Below are positions 46,850 through 62,441 of a DNA stretch of 64,000 nt, one piece after another. Each line of letters opens with the position of its first letter. Positions within the stretch are counted from its first letter, which is position 1. Below the pieces are notes generated by a model, which searched no databases, was not told the DNA's origin, and worked only from the letters and a program-made list of their open reading frames with translations. This DNA comes from Selaginella moellendorffii (lineage: Eukaryota > Plantae > Lycopodiophyta). A program made the position numbers and the translations under genes. The stretch is from assembly GCF_000143415.4 (NCBI RefSeq), contig NW_003314297.1, positions 1,291,388 to 1,355,387 of the forward strand, in the 5' to 3' direction.

Positions 46850-49800
46850 TTAAACCACATCTTTCTCAAGCCTTAACACTGCCATGAACGCGTCTTGGGG
46901 AACCTCCACTCTTCCCACCGATTTCATTCGTTTCTTGCCTTCGGCCTGCATCGAACAAGTGAGTTGTGTATCAAGTGGCTTATCTGCTTACTTGTTTCTT
47001 CAACAGCTTCTTCTTCCTCGTTATGTCTCCTCCTGCAGCATTGGAAGATTTTGAGAGCTGTACAAAGAGCTGAAAAGAGAGCACAGACCGTAGCACTTGG
47101 CCAGCACGTCTTTGCGCATGGCTGAGATTTGTTCACTGGCAATGACTCTAGACCCAAGGCACGCCTGTAGAGAGATCTCAGGTTGGTGTTTTTGTAGAAT
47201 ACGGAAAATGAAAGAGGTGACACCTGAATTGGTATTTTGAAGAGCTGGCGGGGAATCAAACTTTTGAGTTTCTCCGTCAGAGCCCGTCCTATGGTGTACG
47301 CCTGTCGAAGCGGAGAGATTAAGTTGCTATGCTGAGTAGAAACAGTGAACAAATACCTTATCTTTGTGAACGATTGCCGATAGCGGCTCCACAGGCTCCC
47401 CATTGATTCTTATGTCAAGTTTGACAAGATCACTCACGCGATATCTGCATGATTAAACGTATGATTCAGTACCAGCCTACGAAGAGCTTTTGATCTACCC
47501 GGTAATGGAGTACTCCATGCTCGCATAGCCCTTGCTACGTGACTTCAATTGATCAAAGAAATCTCCAACCATCTACCAAAAGGTTAAACGGCATTCAAGC
47601 AGAAGCAAATGCTTGAGAGTACTGTACCTCAGCCAGAGGAAGATCATAAACAACACAGGCACGGTTTTCAGTGATATAATTCATCTCTCTGAATTCTCCA
47701 CGCCTTTCTTGTGCGAGCTCCATCAGAGTGCCAATGTACTCTTTCGGTGTTATCAGATCAATCTGGATCTTAAAAGTGTAAACTTTTGCAAAAGCCATAT
47801 ACAATTGTGCCCACCTTCACATAAGGCTCCGAAATACATTTGCGATTTTCAGGGAGTTCCGAAGGATTCGAGCATTCAACCTAGCAATCAAGATATCATC
47901 ACGGTTTTACCAAGAAAAACGGTACTTACAGTTTCTCCGTCAAGCCGTTCAATTTTGTACACAACACTTGGTGCGGTTGTAATCAAATTTAAATTGTACT
48001 CCCTTTCAAGTCTTTCCTGTAAGCGTTTCATGCCAGCTTAAGAAAAGAATGAAAATGCGCCAATTATTACCTGTACTATTTCCATGTGCAAAAGGCCAAG
48101 AAATCCACATCGAAATCCAAATCCCATTGCACTCGAACTTTCCGGTTCAAACTGCAGAATTCTAGATACAATGGCATCAGTGTTTAATAGGTGGCGACTT
48201 AGCATCGAGGCCATACTCTTAAAGCAGCATCATTTAGCTGCAATTTCCCCAGTGCTTCTCTTAACTCGGGAAACCTGTTGAAACAGGACGAGTTCAGGTA
48301 TTTCATTAGTGCAACAAGTAGACTTACTGATCTGCATCAATAGGAAAGAGTCCACAGAAAACCATTGGAGTTGCCTGCTGATATCCAGGAAGCGCCTTTT
48401 CAGCTTTTCTGGAAGAACTTGTAATGGTATCTCCAACCCTTGCATCAGCGACTGAGCGAATTGACGCCGCAAGATACCCCACCTTTACAAAGAAACATCG
48501 TCAAGACAAAATGTGTTTTGAAGTTGCGTACCTCTCCTGCGTACAGCTGCTGCACGGGCATTTGTGAAGGCGACAATACTCCGATTTCATCAACCTGGTA
48601 TTCCTGCATGCCAAATACACGTTCCGAGCAGCTGCATATGAGAAAAATACCCACCTTTCCACTAGCCATAAATTTTACTGATTCTCCTCGACGCAAGCTC
48701 CCATCTACGACTCTAAAGTACACGATGACGCCGCGGTAGGGATCGTAGTAACTGCAAAAAAATGTAGTGTTACACAGCGTGCGAAGGAGAAAAACCATTT
48801 TCAACCTGTCAAAAATGAGAGCTCTAAGAGGGTCAGCGGTTGTATCCTTCGGCGGGGGAATTTTTTTCACGACCGCTTCTAAAATTTCATAAATACCTAT
48901 CCCTTCCTGAGTAAGGCCAAAAACATGCTCGAAGAAACTTACAAGAACGGAAAAAGGTTACCTTTGCCGAGCACAAAATTGCGTCTGTACAATCTAAGCC
49001 TACTATCTGAAAATCCAAATTTAGCCACAAATCAAGCTATGAACCTGACCTCTTCGATCTCCTGGCGAACGCGGTCGGGATCAGCTCCAGGAAGATCTAT
49101 CTTGTTTAAAACCTGCAATACAGCGAATTGGTTTGCTGCATTGAACACAAGAGCGCAACTGCTATACTCACAGGTATTATCTCCAAATTGTTTTCGAGGG
49201 CTAGATACACATTTGCGAGAGTCTGAGCTTCCACCCCCTGCAAGAAGTGTTCGCATAAAGCGCTAGAAGAAACATAGAATCAAAGCAAACACTTACTTGA
49301 GAGGCATCCACAACTAAAAGTGCTCCTTCGCAAGCAGCTAGTGACCTCGAGACCTTCACAAATGGAAGAGTCACACGAAAACAACAAAACCAAAAGATCA
49401 ATACCTCGTAAGAAAAATCGACGTGACCGGGAGTGTCTATGAGATTGAGGCAGTATGGCAAAGAGTCCTCGCTAATATATCGCATTCTTGCTGTCTGTAA
49501 GTCTCCTTCCAGATTAAAGACACGAAACTAGAGATTCTATGAAGAAACTGACCTGGAGCTTGATAGTAATCCCTCGTTCTCTCTCGAGATCCATATTATC
49601 CAAGAACTGTTCCTTCATGTCTCGAACCTCCACGGTTCCAGTCAGCTGCAAGAGCTTGTCCGCCAGGGTCGATTTGCCATGGTCGATGTGCGCGATTATG
49701 GAGAAATTTCGGATTTGCGGCACTGGAACCTGCGTGGCCAACACCAGAGAATCGATCCAAGAGCCGCATTCTTCCCAAATATCTCACCTTGTCGAGACGA

Positions 49801-49955
49801 TCGCGCCCAGTCCGGATTGCCGGAGAGCTGCTCGGACTGCTCGTCACGGCTGCCGCAATCACGCTGAATCTCTCACGCAGTGGCGCCGCATTGGCGCTGC
49901 TGGCGCCGCTCCATGGAGACAAGAAGGCGCTGTGCAGTGGCGCCACTACCGCCAT
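46850..49955 (-). CDS. GUF1: Plastid translation factor GUF1/LepA (EF-4), multi-exon
   Basis: Transit-peptide-like [11 protein letters not shown]..., [76 protein letters not shown]...PQDAFMAVL. Confidence 0.95.
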
Positions 49956-50505
49956 AGCCACACAACGCAAAAACCTCAGATATTACGACGTGGCGGATGA
50001 CTCAGCACAACGTGCTTACGTGTCCTTGCTCCAATAGGCGCATGTCTCTAGGGCCACTTTGCCCTAATTTCTGGGATGGCGAGAGCACTGCATTGCCAGG
50101 TTTGTGAGACAGAATCTAGGAATCGCAGCGTTTCTGGAGGGCGCTGCTATGGCGCCTTCGACAAATCGAGCAAACCGAGCTTACGCGTGTTGGATGGATT
50201 GTCCAGAACGGGCAGTCGCGGTGCCCAGCGATGGCCTGACAGTGTGGAAAGATGGATAAGGAGTGTTGTAGGCAATGTGAGCAGCAGAGCTCGGCTGCGG
50301 GGGCATACTGGGCTCGTCTTTTCGTGGCGAATGCCGAGAGAAGGCCTTTAGTGCAAGCACTCGTAGATCATTCCAAGCAAAGCAGTGCCGATAAAAAGGA
50401 AGAACGGGAGAAAGAGAAGGAAAGATCACGAGAGAAGTGAAGAACTGGTTTCTCTCGGTGTTTCTTCTTCTTCTACTATAGCATTAGCTTCTCAGCTTTA
50501 CAAGG

Positions 50506-52610
<2,105 letters not shown>

Positions 52611-55081
52611 ATAGATAGAAATTTGTAAATCTCCCAATTTTGATGGTTTTCTTAGGTTGTTGCACGTCATCCACAAGCTAATGCACGATTGCCATGCTTT
52701 AGTTTACTCCAATTCAACGAGTTAATTTAATCCAGGGAGAGATATTTTCAATAACAATGGATACTATAATCTCATCCTTTAACTAGCACTTGCCTAGTAT
52801 ATGCTACCCAGTTAGCAAAATACTGTTTTGATTGTTATACTTTTGTTATATTAAAAAATAAATTAGAATAGTATAAAAAAAATTGTATTCCACTTTAAAA
52901 GAAGAATTAAGGGAATTGTGCCCAGCAAATGCTAAGTGAATATAAAAATCAATTCTTGTAAACTTGATAATATAAATATTTAGAACAAAATATATTCCTA
53001 GGCATAAGTAAGAATAAATATTCATTAATAAAATATTAGATATAAATTATTATTTTGAAATATGAATATATTTGGAAAAATACCCAACCCAGAAAAATTA
53101 AAAATTAAATTTCTATTATTAGTAGTATGCCGATCTCTTTGATGGGAGTATTCATTTTTGCATTGACTATGATAATATGTTAAATGTAAATTATATTTTT
53201 ACTTGGAATATAAAACAATAAATTTATATTAATATATTACTACCCAGATCCAGTCAAGAAAATAATTACTAACAAAATATTTTGTAAATACATATGCTAT
53301 AGAAACTGTAATTCCATAGTATTATGTACTAATAAACTATATTTACAGTTAGGAAAAATATTCTAAAATATTATTGCTTAATCAAATACTACACAATCAA
53401 ATACTACACAATCAAATACAGCTATTATTGCAAGATCTCACTCCTTTGTTTTTGCAAAAGCACATGCCATAGCTCACAAAACCTTAAATCAAGGGAAAGA
53501 GATTCACATATGAGCTTGAATCACAACTTGAAGGCATTATTAGTTAGGCTTGTTATCATCCCAAACACTCTTCATTAAATCTTAGAACTTACCCTCTCAC
53601 TTTCAGAGGGTTTTTATTGCAAAAGGTTGAGTGTTAATGCTAGTTAACACTTTGCATATGACATGTTGCTAGCAAATGCTAGATAAGTACAAAAATCAAT
53701 AATTTTATACAATTTTTTCCTTCTGATATCTCTACATACACACACATAATACTATACAACATAGACCATATATTTAGAATATTAATATATTCCCAAAGTG
53801 AGAAAAGAAGAATTAGTAGGTAAATATTATTGATAAAGATAATATATACAAAGTACTCTTGGGAATATGAATATATTTAGAATATTAAAATTTTAAGAAA
53901 CTTAATACCCAACCCAGAGAAAAGTAAAATAAAAATTGCTAAGAATAGTTTTTTAATAGTTATTAGATTATAAATATTTTTAGTACACTCCCAGAAAAAT
54001 AAAGCAAATGAAGAATTACTAAAAAATAATTGTTTTTACTTGGGATACAAATAAATTTAGAATCTCTGCAAGTAATTGCTACAACGCAAAAACCTCAAAC
54101 ATCCAACAAATAAAAGACCAAACTGCTCACTGTTTGCATCTTGATGTCCTCTTCAACTAGAAGTATAAGCTGCTTGAGTTCTCTTACAAATGATTGGATG
54201 TCTTCAAGTTTCTTGTCTATCTCATAAACTACAGCCCAAACCAATCTGTGAACTTCTTCAGCAAGTTCATCCACTTGTTTTGCATGGAGAAGTTTCTCTT
54301 CTATCTTCACCAGATCCTATTCGAGCACTTTAGAAGATTTCCTGTCCTTTTGAAGGCACTTTGTATTCATATCTAGCAATTTTGAGACTTTCTCCAAAAG
54401 TGTTGCCTTGAAATAAAACTACAGCATAAGTATATGTTAGACCATCTTTAGCTTGGAAACAAAAGCTATTGTTGCCTTGAATTTCTCTTTCTCACTACCA
54501 GCACTCAAAAAATCTCAACTCATGTCTTGAGACATAATCACACACGGGTTTTCCACGTCAATCTACAAAGAAAAAAGGTGACAGTAGGAAAGTAGAAAAT
54601 TTTAAAAATACAATCTTAACTTACATTGAGATGGTCAATCATATTGCACAAATCCTGCTTGTTTGAAGAAAGTTTTTCACCTAGAATATACAATACAAAA
54701 GAAGTAAATCTCTCATATGATAGAAAACCAACCTTGGTGATTTTTCAAGACAAAAATTTTTCAGCAGTGATTCTCCATTGAATCACTATTGTCTTGCCAT
54801 ATAGATTTGGCTTATAAGCATTTGACCCGTCGTTTTTTAACTCTACCACTACCAAAGCAGACCTGGAATTGAAACAATGCTTGAAGAAAGTGCGGACAAA
54901 TCAATTAGATCTTGACACAAACTGTACCAGGACATGGCTGACACATGCCAATTCCAATGGTGTTGACACAGTGCCTCAGATTTGGATAGCGAATCGGCAG
55001 CAGTGGCAGGGGCTCTCTTGCCATTTTATAAACCCTAGAAAAACATTACAAAACAAAACCAATTCACTCGATAGACCACAG

Positions 55082-57024
55082 GTGCAGTCACGGTCAGCAC
55101 ATTTGCATGCAACACGTGTTGTTGTGCCTTCCTCTCCCACCCGCCCCATGTAGTTTGGCCACCTCCTATTGGCTGGGAGCAAACATTAGTGCGATTATTC
55201 ACAAACACGTGGTTAAAAAAATAACCCCTTTATAGTTATCCCCCCCCCCGCCGATTGGACAGCTACAATTGGCTGGATCCGGTGGCCTAGAAAGTTCAAC
55301 AACTCCTCCTCAGGGGAAGCAATCAGATTCCATATGCCAAGGTCTAGAATGCTATATAATTTGTGCTTAGCTAAAAAATCCCATTACAAACCCATAACCA
55401 AAAAAAAAAAACATTCTAAAATTGAGTAGTACCTCCTACAATCCTATAGGGCACTTGGCTGAAAGTCTGTGTCTGAATGCCTAGATCTAGCCACAAAGAA
55501 GGTTTAAGAAGCAAAAAAACTAGGTGCCAATACTTGCTAAAATAACAAAGGGACTTTGAAAATGTAACAGTTATTTGAAGTCTTCTTGCACACCTATTCC
55601 TCAAGCTATAAAGCACTATATTGGAATAGACTAAGTACCCAAAGCACTAAGTTGTGTAGGGCACTCAGATCCTGGAAAAAAAGTGGATCTTGAATGAAGC
55701 AATTGATTAATTTTGGGTTAATCATAGCCATTGGCCCAAAGCTCTGCTTAATTTTTGCCACATCATTAGGCACATGCAAAACTCACAATAGCTTTTTTGC
55801 TCGACAGGATAGACAATAAGTGCAGTCATGGTCAACACTTTGCATGCAACACATGTCACAACACCTTCCTCTTTTGCCCATGCAATTTGGCTGCCTCCCA
55901 ATCCAGCAAACATCAACACTCCCTCCATCAAAGCCCCATTCTCTGGTTGGACGCACGATCCCACCTAACCTTTTTGCGCCGCAAGCCCAAGGGTGGCGGG
56001 ACTGGGAAATGCCCCTCATCTTTCTTCTATGAGATGCAGCTCTTGTGGCTCACCACGCAATCGTTGAATTTGTCCACCACCTTGTTTCTCAAACATGTCT
56101 CTACATTTTATCTGAAAGTATTTGTGAATCGATTGATCCAAAAGAAGTTTTACACAAAATCTTGAGACTTATCTAGCACTTGGTCTCCTTAGATTGATTG
56201 TTACAAGTTCGCAAGCATGAAGGATCTGCAATGCATCAAGCAAGCTCCAATCTAGAGAGAGAGAAAAGAAAACACTCATCTTTCTTGAAGGACAAAAGAG
56301 AAGAATAAAATTACCAACATTCTTTCAGGAGAGAGGAGCATGTCTTGAGAGCATCAGCCTCAAATGTGGGAGTTGTGAGCAAAATCACACCAACAAAAAC
56401 CATAGCTATGTGTGTTCTCTAGTTCAAATGTTTTCCTAGCAAAAATTCTCTCTTCTCAATGGATTTCTTGATGACCACATTGCTTCCTGAAAAACTCCTA
56501 GCGATCCTAGGAGATGATCTTGAGAAGTATAACCTGGTTATAGTTTTTCTTTCTACAGCCCTCTTGCTCGAGCAATGCTACTGTAGGGCAAGCTTAGTAC
56601 CTGGAGGAGTGCAAAATGCACTTACATTCATTGTCAAAACGGATAAAAGAAATAGAGAGAAAGATACTTGGTCACCACATCTAAAACTTTTCCGAACTGT
56701 CACACTATCATGAAATCCAGCACCTACCTGAAGATCTTAAACATCTCCACACCGAAGACTCTGTTGCCATGGCCAATGAACACTGCGTTCCGGATGCCCA
56801 GATGATGAGTGTAGTCACAGTCAATACATTTACATATGACACATGTTGCAGTGCCTTCCTCTCCTGCCCCACGCAGCTTGGCCGCCTCCCATTGGCTGGG
56901 AACAAACATCAGCGCGATTATTTGCAAACACGTGGTTAAAGAAATAACCCCTTTATAGTTACCCCCCATCGGACAGTTGTGATTGGCTGGATCCGACAGC
57001 CCAGAAAGTTCGGCAACTCCTCCT
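55082..57024. repeat. Dispersed ~230-bp repeat (55082-55310, 56809-57024, partial 55820-55915) in a decayed AT-rich region
   Basis: Shared gtgccttcctctcc, attggctggga, aaacacgtggttaaa, ataacccctttatagtta, ttggctggatccg, aactcctcct. Confidence 0.85.
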
Positions 57025-58187
57025 TATTGTGATAGATTGTTGCATCAATGAATGATTATGTAGAAGGCATTGTAATACTGGGAATTGTATCACTGCTTTC
57101 TCGAGAATTAAAGAATAACAAAAAGAATCTGAAAAAACACTTGAAATACCAATCTTTCATATAAAAGAAGATCAATATTATATATCCTGCATCAACTTAT
57201 CATGATTTTTGGTGATAATAATTTTTCTATTGATATGCATTTTTAAAGAAAAAGTATCACAAAAACAATGGAAATATCTAAGGATCAACAAATTATCTAA
57301 ATAAAAAATAATAAATAAATAAAAATTGTGCATGTTAATGCTTGGTTTGCTTAATCTTATTTATTAACTCAATTAATCAAATGGAAGTTTATAATTTTAA
57401 ACATATTTATAATTTATAAACACAATATTAATCTTATTGAATATCAACCATTAGATGGTAAAATATGCTAGAAAGTGTTTAGAAAAATTTATAAATTATA
57501 AATACAAATTAATCAATGAATAACAACCGTTAGATGGTAGAATATCCTAGAATATTCAAGCATATTCCAGGCATATTCATTACCATCTACAGATTTGCTT
57601 AAGCAAACCAATAAAAAACTTAAAGAGTGAATGAGAAGAAAAACAGGATAAAACATTTTATGGTCATTATCAATTGACAGGCATTCATAGAGAGAAAAAT
57701 TACAATCATTAACATCACATAACAAATTGTGTTTAATGAAATTTATAGGAGAAGTTTTTTCATCCTTTATAGTGAAACTTACTTTATCAATGGTTTTTTA
57801 TATTATTCAAACCTAAGTTTTTTTATCCCTAAAAAATATTCTTTTTTCTTAAATAAATGTCCAAATAATTTATATAATTGTTTTCCAACTGGTAGGCAAA
57901 TAAAATAAAATATAAGAACATGATTTTGGTATTAGTCATATCCCACCCACGCATTTATAAAATATGTTCTTATTTAAAATAATTTCAAGCGCAACAATCA
58001 TTTTAGATATTAAATGCTCCACCAACTTTTCTACTTTCAATTGTTTCTATTAAGGTTAACCTAAACCACATAACCACTCTGGACTTACGTGACTCCTAAA
58101 GTTGCCATGTCTACCTCTAAGAGCCATACATTCCTTTCAACGATGTTTATATTTTTCATGTTTCCTACCTACCCAATAAAGTCCTGG

Positions 58188-58355
58188 ACCACTTTGTGCT
58201 AAAACTAGAGGTTCGAATTTCACAGAAATTGGCCAGAAATTGTTCCGCATAAGACGAAATAGCCACTTTGTGCTAAAAGTAGAGGTTCGAACTTCACCAC
58301 AATAGTACTGGGCCAATTGCCGTGAAGTTAGAACCTCTACTTTTAACACAAAGTG
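58188..58355. repeat. Direct repeat plus 34-bp inverted repeat upstream of MTPSL
   Basis: Arms 58264-58297 and 58322-58355 differ at 2 positions; a direct copy lies at ~58189-58217. Confidence 0.9.
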
Positions 58356-58530
58356 TACTGGACGGAGTACATGTCCTCCAGCACTAAGACTTTGGAAGGA
58401 CCTCACCATCCAAACAACAGTCCGGCTACCTACGATATTATAAAGAGGAGGTCTGTGAAGATGGAAAGTTCAGGAAAATCCAGTGTCCATTTGCGAGTGC
58501 ATTTTGAGCTTGCTTGTTGTGTGGTTTCCA

Positions 58531-59489
58531 ATGGCTCCCTACGATTTCGTTCCAAATGTGCAGTGTTCGTTCCCTGTGAAGTGCCACCCTCTGTATTCTT
58601 TCATTCGTCCACGCTTGGAAGATTGGGCTGCAACTTTGGAGCCTGGGCATGGTGAAGGGAACCCCAAAAGTAGGAAATGCCTTGTTGCTGAGAAAAGAGT
58701 TCTAGCCACTTGCATGTTGATCCCTGTTGCTGATGATGCCAGAATTGAGAATATGTGCAAGCTTGCCTGTTGGTGCTTCCATGTTGATGATATCCTTGAC
58801 GACTTGCAGGGCCTGGGAGCTGACTCGGGAGGTGCCAAGAGGCTTGTTGATAGCTACCTTGGCATAATCCGTGCGTGGCAGATATGGAATTTCCACGGTT
58901 CTGTGATATGTGGAATGATCTGCGTGCAGATATGCCACTCAAGCAGTACCAGCGATTTGCCAACAGAGTGTCCGAGCTGTTGGAGGCAAGCGTGAATCAG
59001 GTGAAGCTAAGGAATCTGAAAACGGTGATGGGCTTGGAGGAGCTGCTGGCTCACCGTCGCGTGTTAGTTGGTGTATTTGTTATGGAAACTCTAATGGAGT
59101 ATGGCATGGGATTCGAACTCCAGGACGACGCCATTTCAAATCAGGACCTCCAAGAGGCTGAAAGTCTGGTTGCAGACCACGTAAGTTGTGTCAACGACTT
59201 GTTTTGCTTCCTGGTGGACAGTGCAACTGGCGATACTCAGTTCAATATCGTCCACACGATCATGTGCGGCAATTCGGATTCAAAGGGCTTTTCTTTCGAG
59301 TATGCAGCCGACAAAGTTCACAAACTGGTGCAGAGTATCGAGCATCGATTCAAGAAGCTGTGTGAGAATATCAGAAGATCAAGCTGCTACAATGGTGCAA
59401 TGGAGGCTTACCTGGAAGGCTTGTCTCATATTATATCCGGCAACCTTGAGTGGCACCGGCAGACAGGACGATACAAACTGGTATCTTGA
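58531..59489 (+). pseudogene. MTPSL: Microbial terpene synthase-like (MTPSL) gene, intronless, one frameshift near 58873
   Basis: FHVDDILDD (DDxxD), HRR, VNDLFCFLVD (NSE-like), GNLEWHRQTGRY (WxxxxxRY); single alpha domain, ~320 codons split over two frames. Confidence 0.85.
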
Positions 59490-61689
59490 AAATGTTGGTT
59501 CTTTTCAAGGTACCATTTACATTACTAAGCTGGTCATATTTTTAAGGGTAAATTTACATGTATACAAACGTATAAAAGATATAAACATCCATTTGTCAGT
59601 AGTTTCTGTGTAGACTGGAGCATCAATATTTCTGGAAAGAGTTCTCACAATGCCAAAGCCCAGCAAAGGGCAATCATCAAACACTTCACCTTTCTTCTCC
59701 CGTCCGTACGACGCGATTATTCCGTATGCGCGTTTATCATGTGTAATTTAGTTTTTTTCTCCAGTTTTTAAGGCGGTAAGCTAAATCCCTGTTTAGGATT
59801 ACATAAGTTTAGGATGTACAATTTGCAAACTGCCAACAGATGTCAGGTTAGTTGTTAATTTTTCTCTAGCGTGTGTTTATGCCAGAAGCAGCTCTGGAAG
59901 ACCCAAGTTCCTACAATCAGCTGGTCCGTTGACCTAATAGTGTTGATGTTGTCCACAGGGATAAGAAAACACAACCTGCTCTATCTTTTGCCCTGTCATG
60001 CAATGGCTCCCGCCTCCATCCTGAATTCCCCATCTCTGCCTTCTTCTAGCTGCGGTGGGTTGGTCGTGTTTTTCGAGCTCCTCTCATAGTATCCGAAATA
60101 ACTTTCTGATTCATCCATGTTCTAAAGAGGACATTGCAAGAATCTTTCCAATTCTTTCTCAGGTTTTGTAATTCTTCATTTGATTATTGTGAATTATACT
60201 TCTTTGGACTGGGACTGCATGTGATAAACAAACCTAGAGACGACCAGAGTCACCAGGACGCCTTGCTAGCATAGAATGTTTTGGTGGTTTCCTACAGATG
60301 GATATTTTATTATGTGCAAAGACTACTGTAAACGTTTTGAAGTGGTTTTTCTGCTGAATTTTGAAGGGAGTGTGGATGATCTCGGCCAGCTTCTCAGCAG
60401 CAGGCACTTCAGGCCTGCCAACCATTCCCTCATGTTTTGATCGTTCAAATCAATCCAAATTCAACCTTATTAAGCTCATCTAGATTGACTTTGTGTCTTT
60501 TGAAAATGATCTGAAAAACCATCTTTCCCACTGGAGTTGTATCAGACTAGGATTTACTAGCTCTTGATTCTATCTCAGAGTTCCAAAGTTTTCTTGTGAA
60601 TATCTCAATCGAGTGTTCCACATGGAAGATTGAGCAAGATTTTATAAAGTTTCCATTCAAAATGAGTTTTTCTCTTTCAGGCTTTCAAAGAGATCCAACA
60701 CCTTCTCACTAAAACAAAAAGATTGAGATTTGATGAGTCCCTAAGCTCTGGTGGTTCGAGTGGGCATGAACATTGGAGACACAGCCAGGTAGCACTAAAC
60801 TTTTCTGCCATACTCCATAGAAATTTTGCTAAGATCTCTTTTACTTTGGATCTAAGGGTGTTGCTTGGCACCATTCCTTTGCTCAATTAAGAATTCTTAA
60901 TAAGATTGTAAATTTTTTATATTACTTTATATTTTTTCTACATATTGTATACAATAACTTTAACCAAGCATATTCTAGGTATATCCACTACCATACAGTT
61001 TTTGCTTAAGCAAACTAAAAAATTTGCAAAGTCCAAACATAAAACTTACACAAAAGATTTTTTTTATAACTTTATAGAAAAATACATAAAAGTCAGAGCA
61101 TTTTTACTTTTATATACACCCAGAATTTGTATACTAATTTAATTACTTTTAGATATATAATACAATAATTTTATTATATCATTTTATTCTCATTTAAAAG
61201 CATTTTTTACTTTTGTATACACCCATAAAACTCTATTGCCCGACCTTCTAGAACTGTTAAATTTCACCCGGGTGAGCTTTTTAGAATACATGGTTTTGAG
61301 AAATATTTTCTTGACGTTTGCTCCGGCCAATGCTAGACAGACACTGAGCAATAGTATGCTCATGGGAAAGAAGAAGGAAATATCACACTTTTCATGCTTG
61401 GTTGTGTTGAGGAAGTCTGAGGCATCATCTGGGAAGAGTACAATTTCTCTCTGCCAAGAAACAGCATGCAGTGACGTTGAGTTTTGCCTGGTTTTTCTCT
61501 TGTCTTGTGTTATGCACTTCTCTTGAGTTACGCTGCATGGAAACATGCCAGTATAGCTCTATAGCCTCCATGCGATAATAGGAAGAAAGCTTGAAGGCCA
61601 ATTGTGAAAAATGCTTCCACTTTTGAAATTTGATTGCTTCCGGGTCGACCAAAAGATAGCCCCTGTGACATACATACTAATACTAGTGA

Positions 61690-62037
61690 TTTCCTTGCTC
61701 CGAGGATGGAGAGCAAGCTTCGACAACCTCACCAGCTCCTCTTGATTTAATAACGAAGCACGGACAAGACGCAAGACTGAAATAGTGAAGCATGAAAACA
61801 GGCCATCACATAGCCCCATCCAATTTCATTGACAGAGTAAGACGTCTCAGTCACCGCAAAATTGCACTGGGGATTTTTGGTGCTCCGAGGATGGTGAGGA
61901 GCTCCACACCAGCTTCGATCACCGCTAACAGCAGCTCCTCTTGATTTGATAGTGAAGCACGAATTGTTTTTTCTCAGCTGAAACGCAAGAACAAAATAGT
62001 TATAGCAGGAAAAGAGGCCATCACAGAGTGCCATCCC
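61690..62037. repeat. Imperfect tandem duplication, ~130-165 bp units
   Basis: tgctccgaggatgg...cagctcctcttgattt...gaagcacg...aggccatcaca...ccatcc occurs twice. Confidence 0.75.
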
Positions 62038-62441
62038 CTTCTATGCCCTGCTTGGAGTGGAAGAGATCTTCTCCTTGCTTCAATAGTAATGCAGGGTAAT
62101 TACCTACACATGCGGTTTCAATTGCATGATAAGCTGTGTGCTTTAAAATCCCAGCACTGGTAAAAACCAACTTAGCATTTCTCTAGTCTTAGATAAGAAT
62201 ATCTTTCTGTCATGTTGTACTAATGAAAATCAAGTAAGAAAAAAGTGATTTATAATAAAAATAAAATTTTACATCACTAATCAGGTGCTATTTCATCCAA
62301 TGTGGCTATTACAGCCACATCTGTCGCCATGGTCTCTTGCTTGCTAGCATGGCTTGCTCTTTGCATCACAGAGCCTTTCTCGATGGTACACTTGAAGAGG
62401 GTTTTCCACAAATTCCAGAGTGGATTTTAGGGCTGGGCGCA

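Noticed and set aside
50076-50440. Short ORFs between GUF1 and the kinase gene
   Set aside because: No motifs; probably bidirectional promoter or UTR sequence.
59600-62300. Possible decayed genes on the minus strand
   Set aside because: No frame gave a family signature I could support; only the imperfect repeat is reported.
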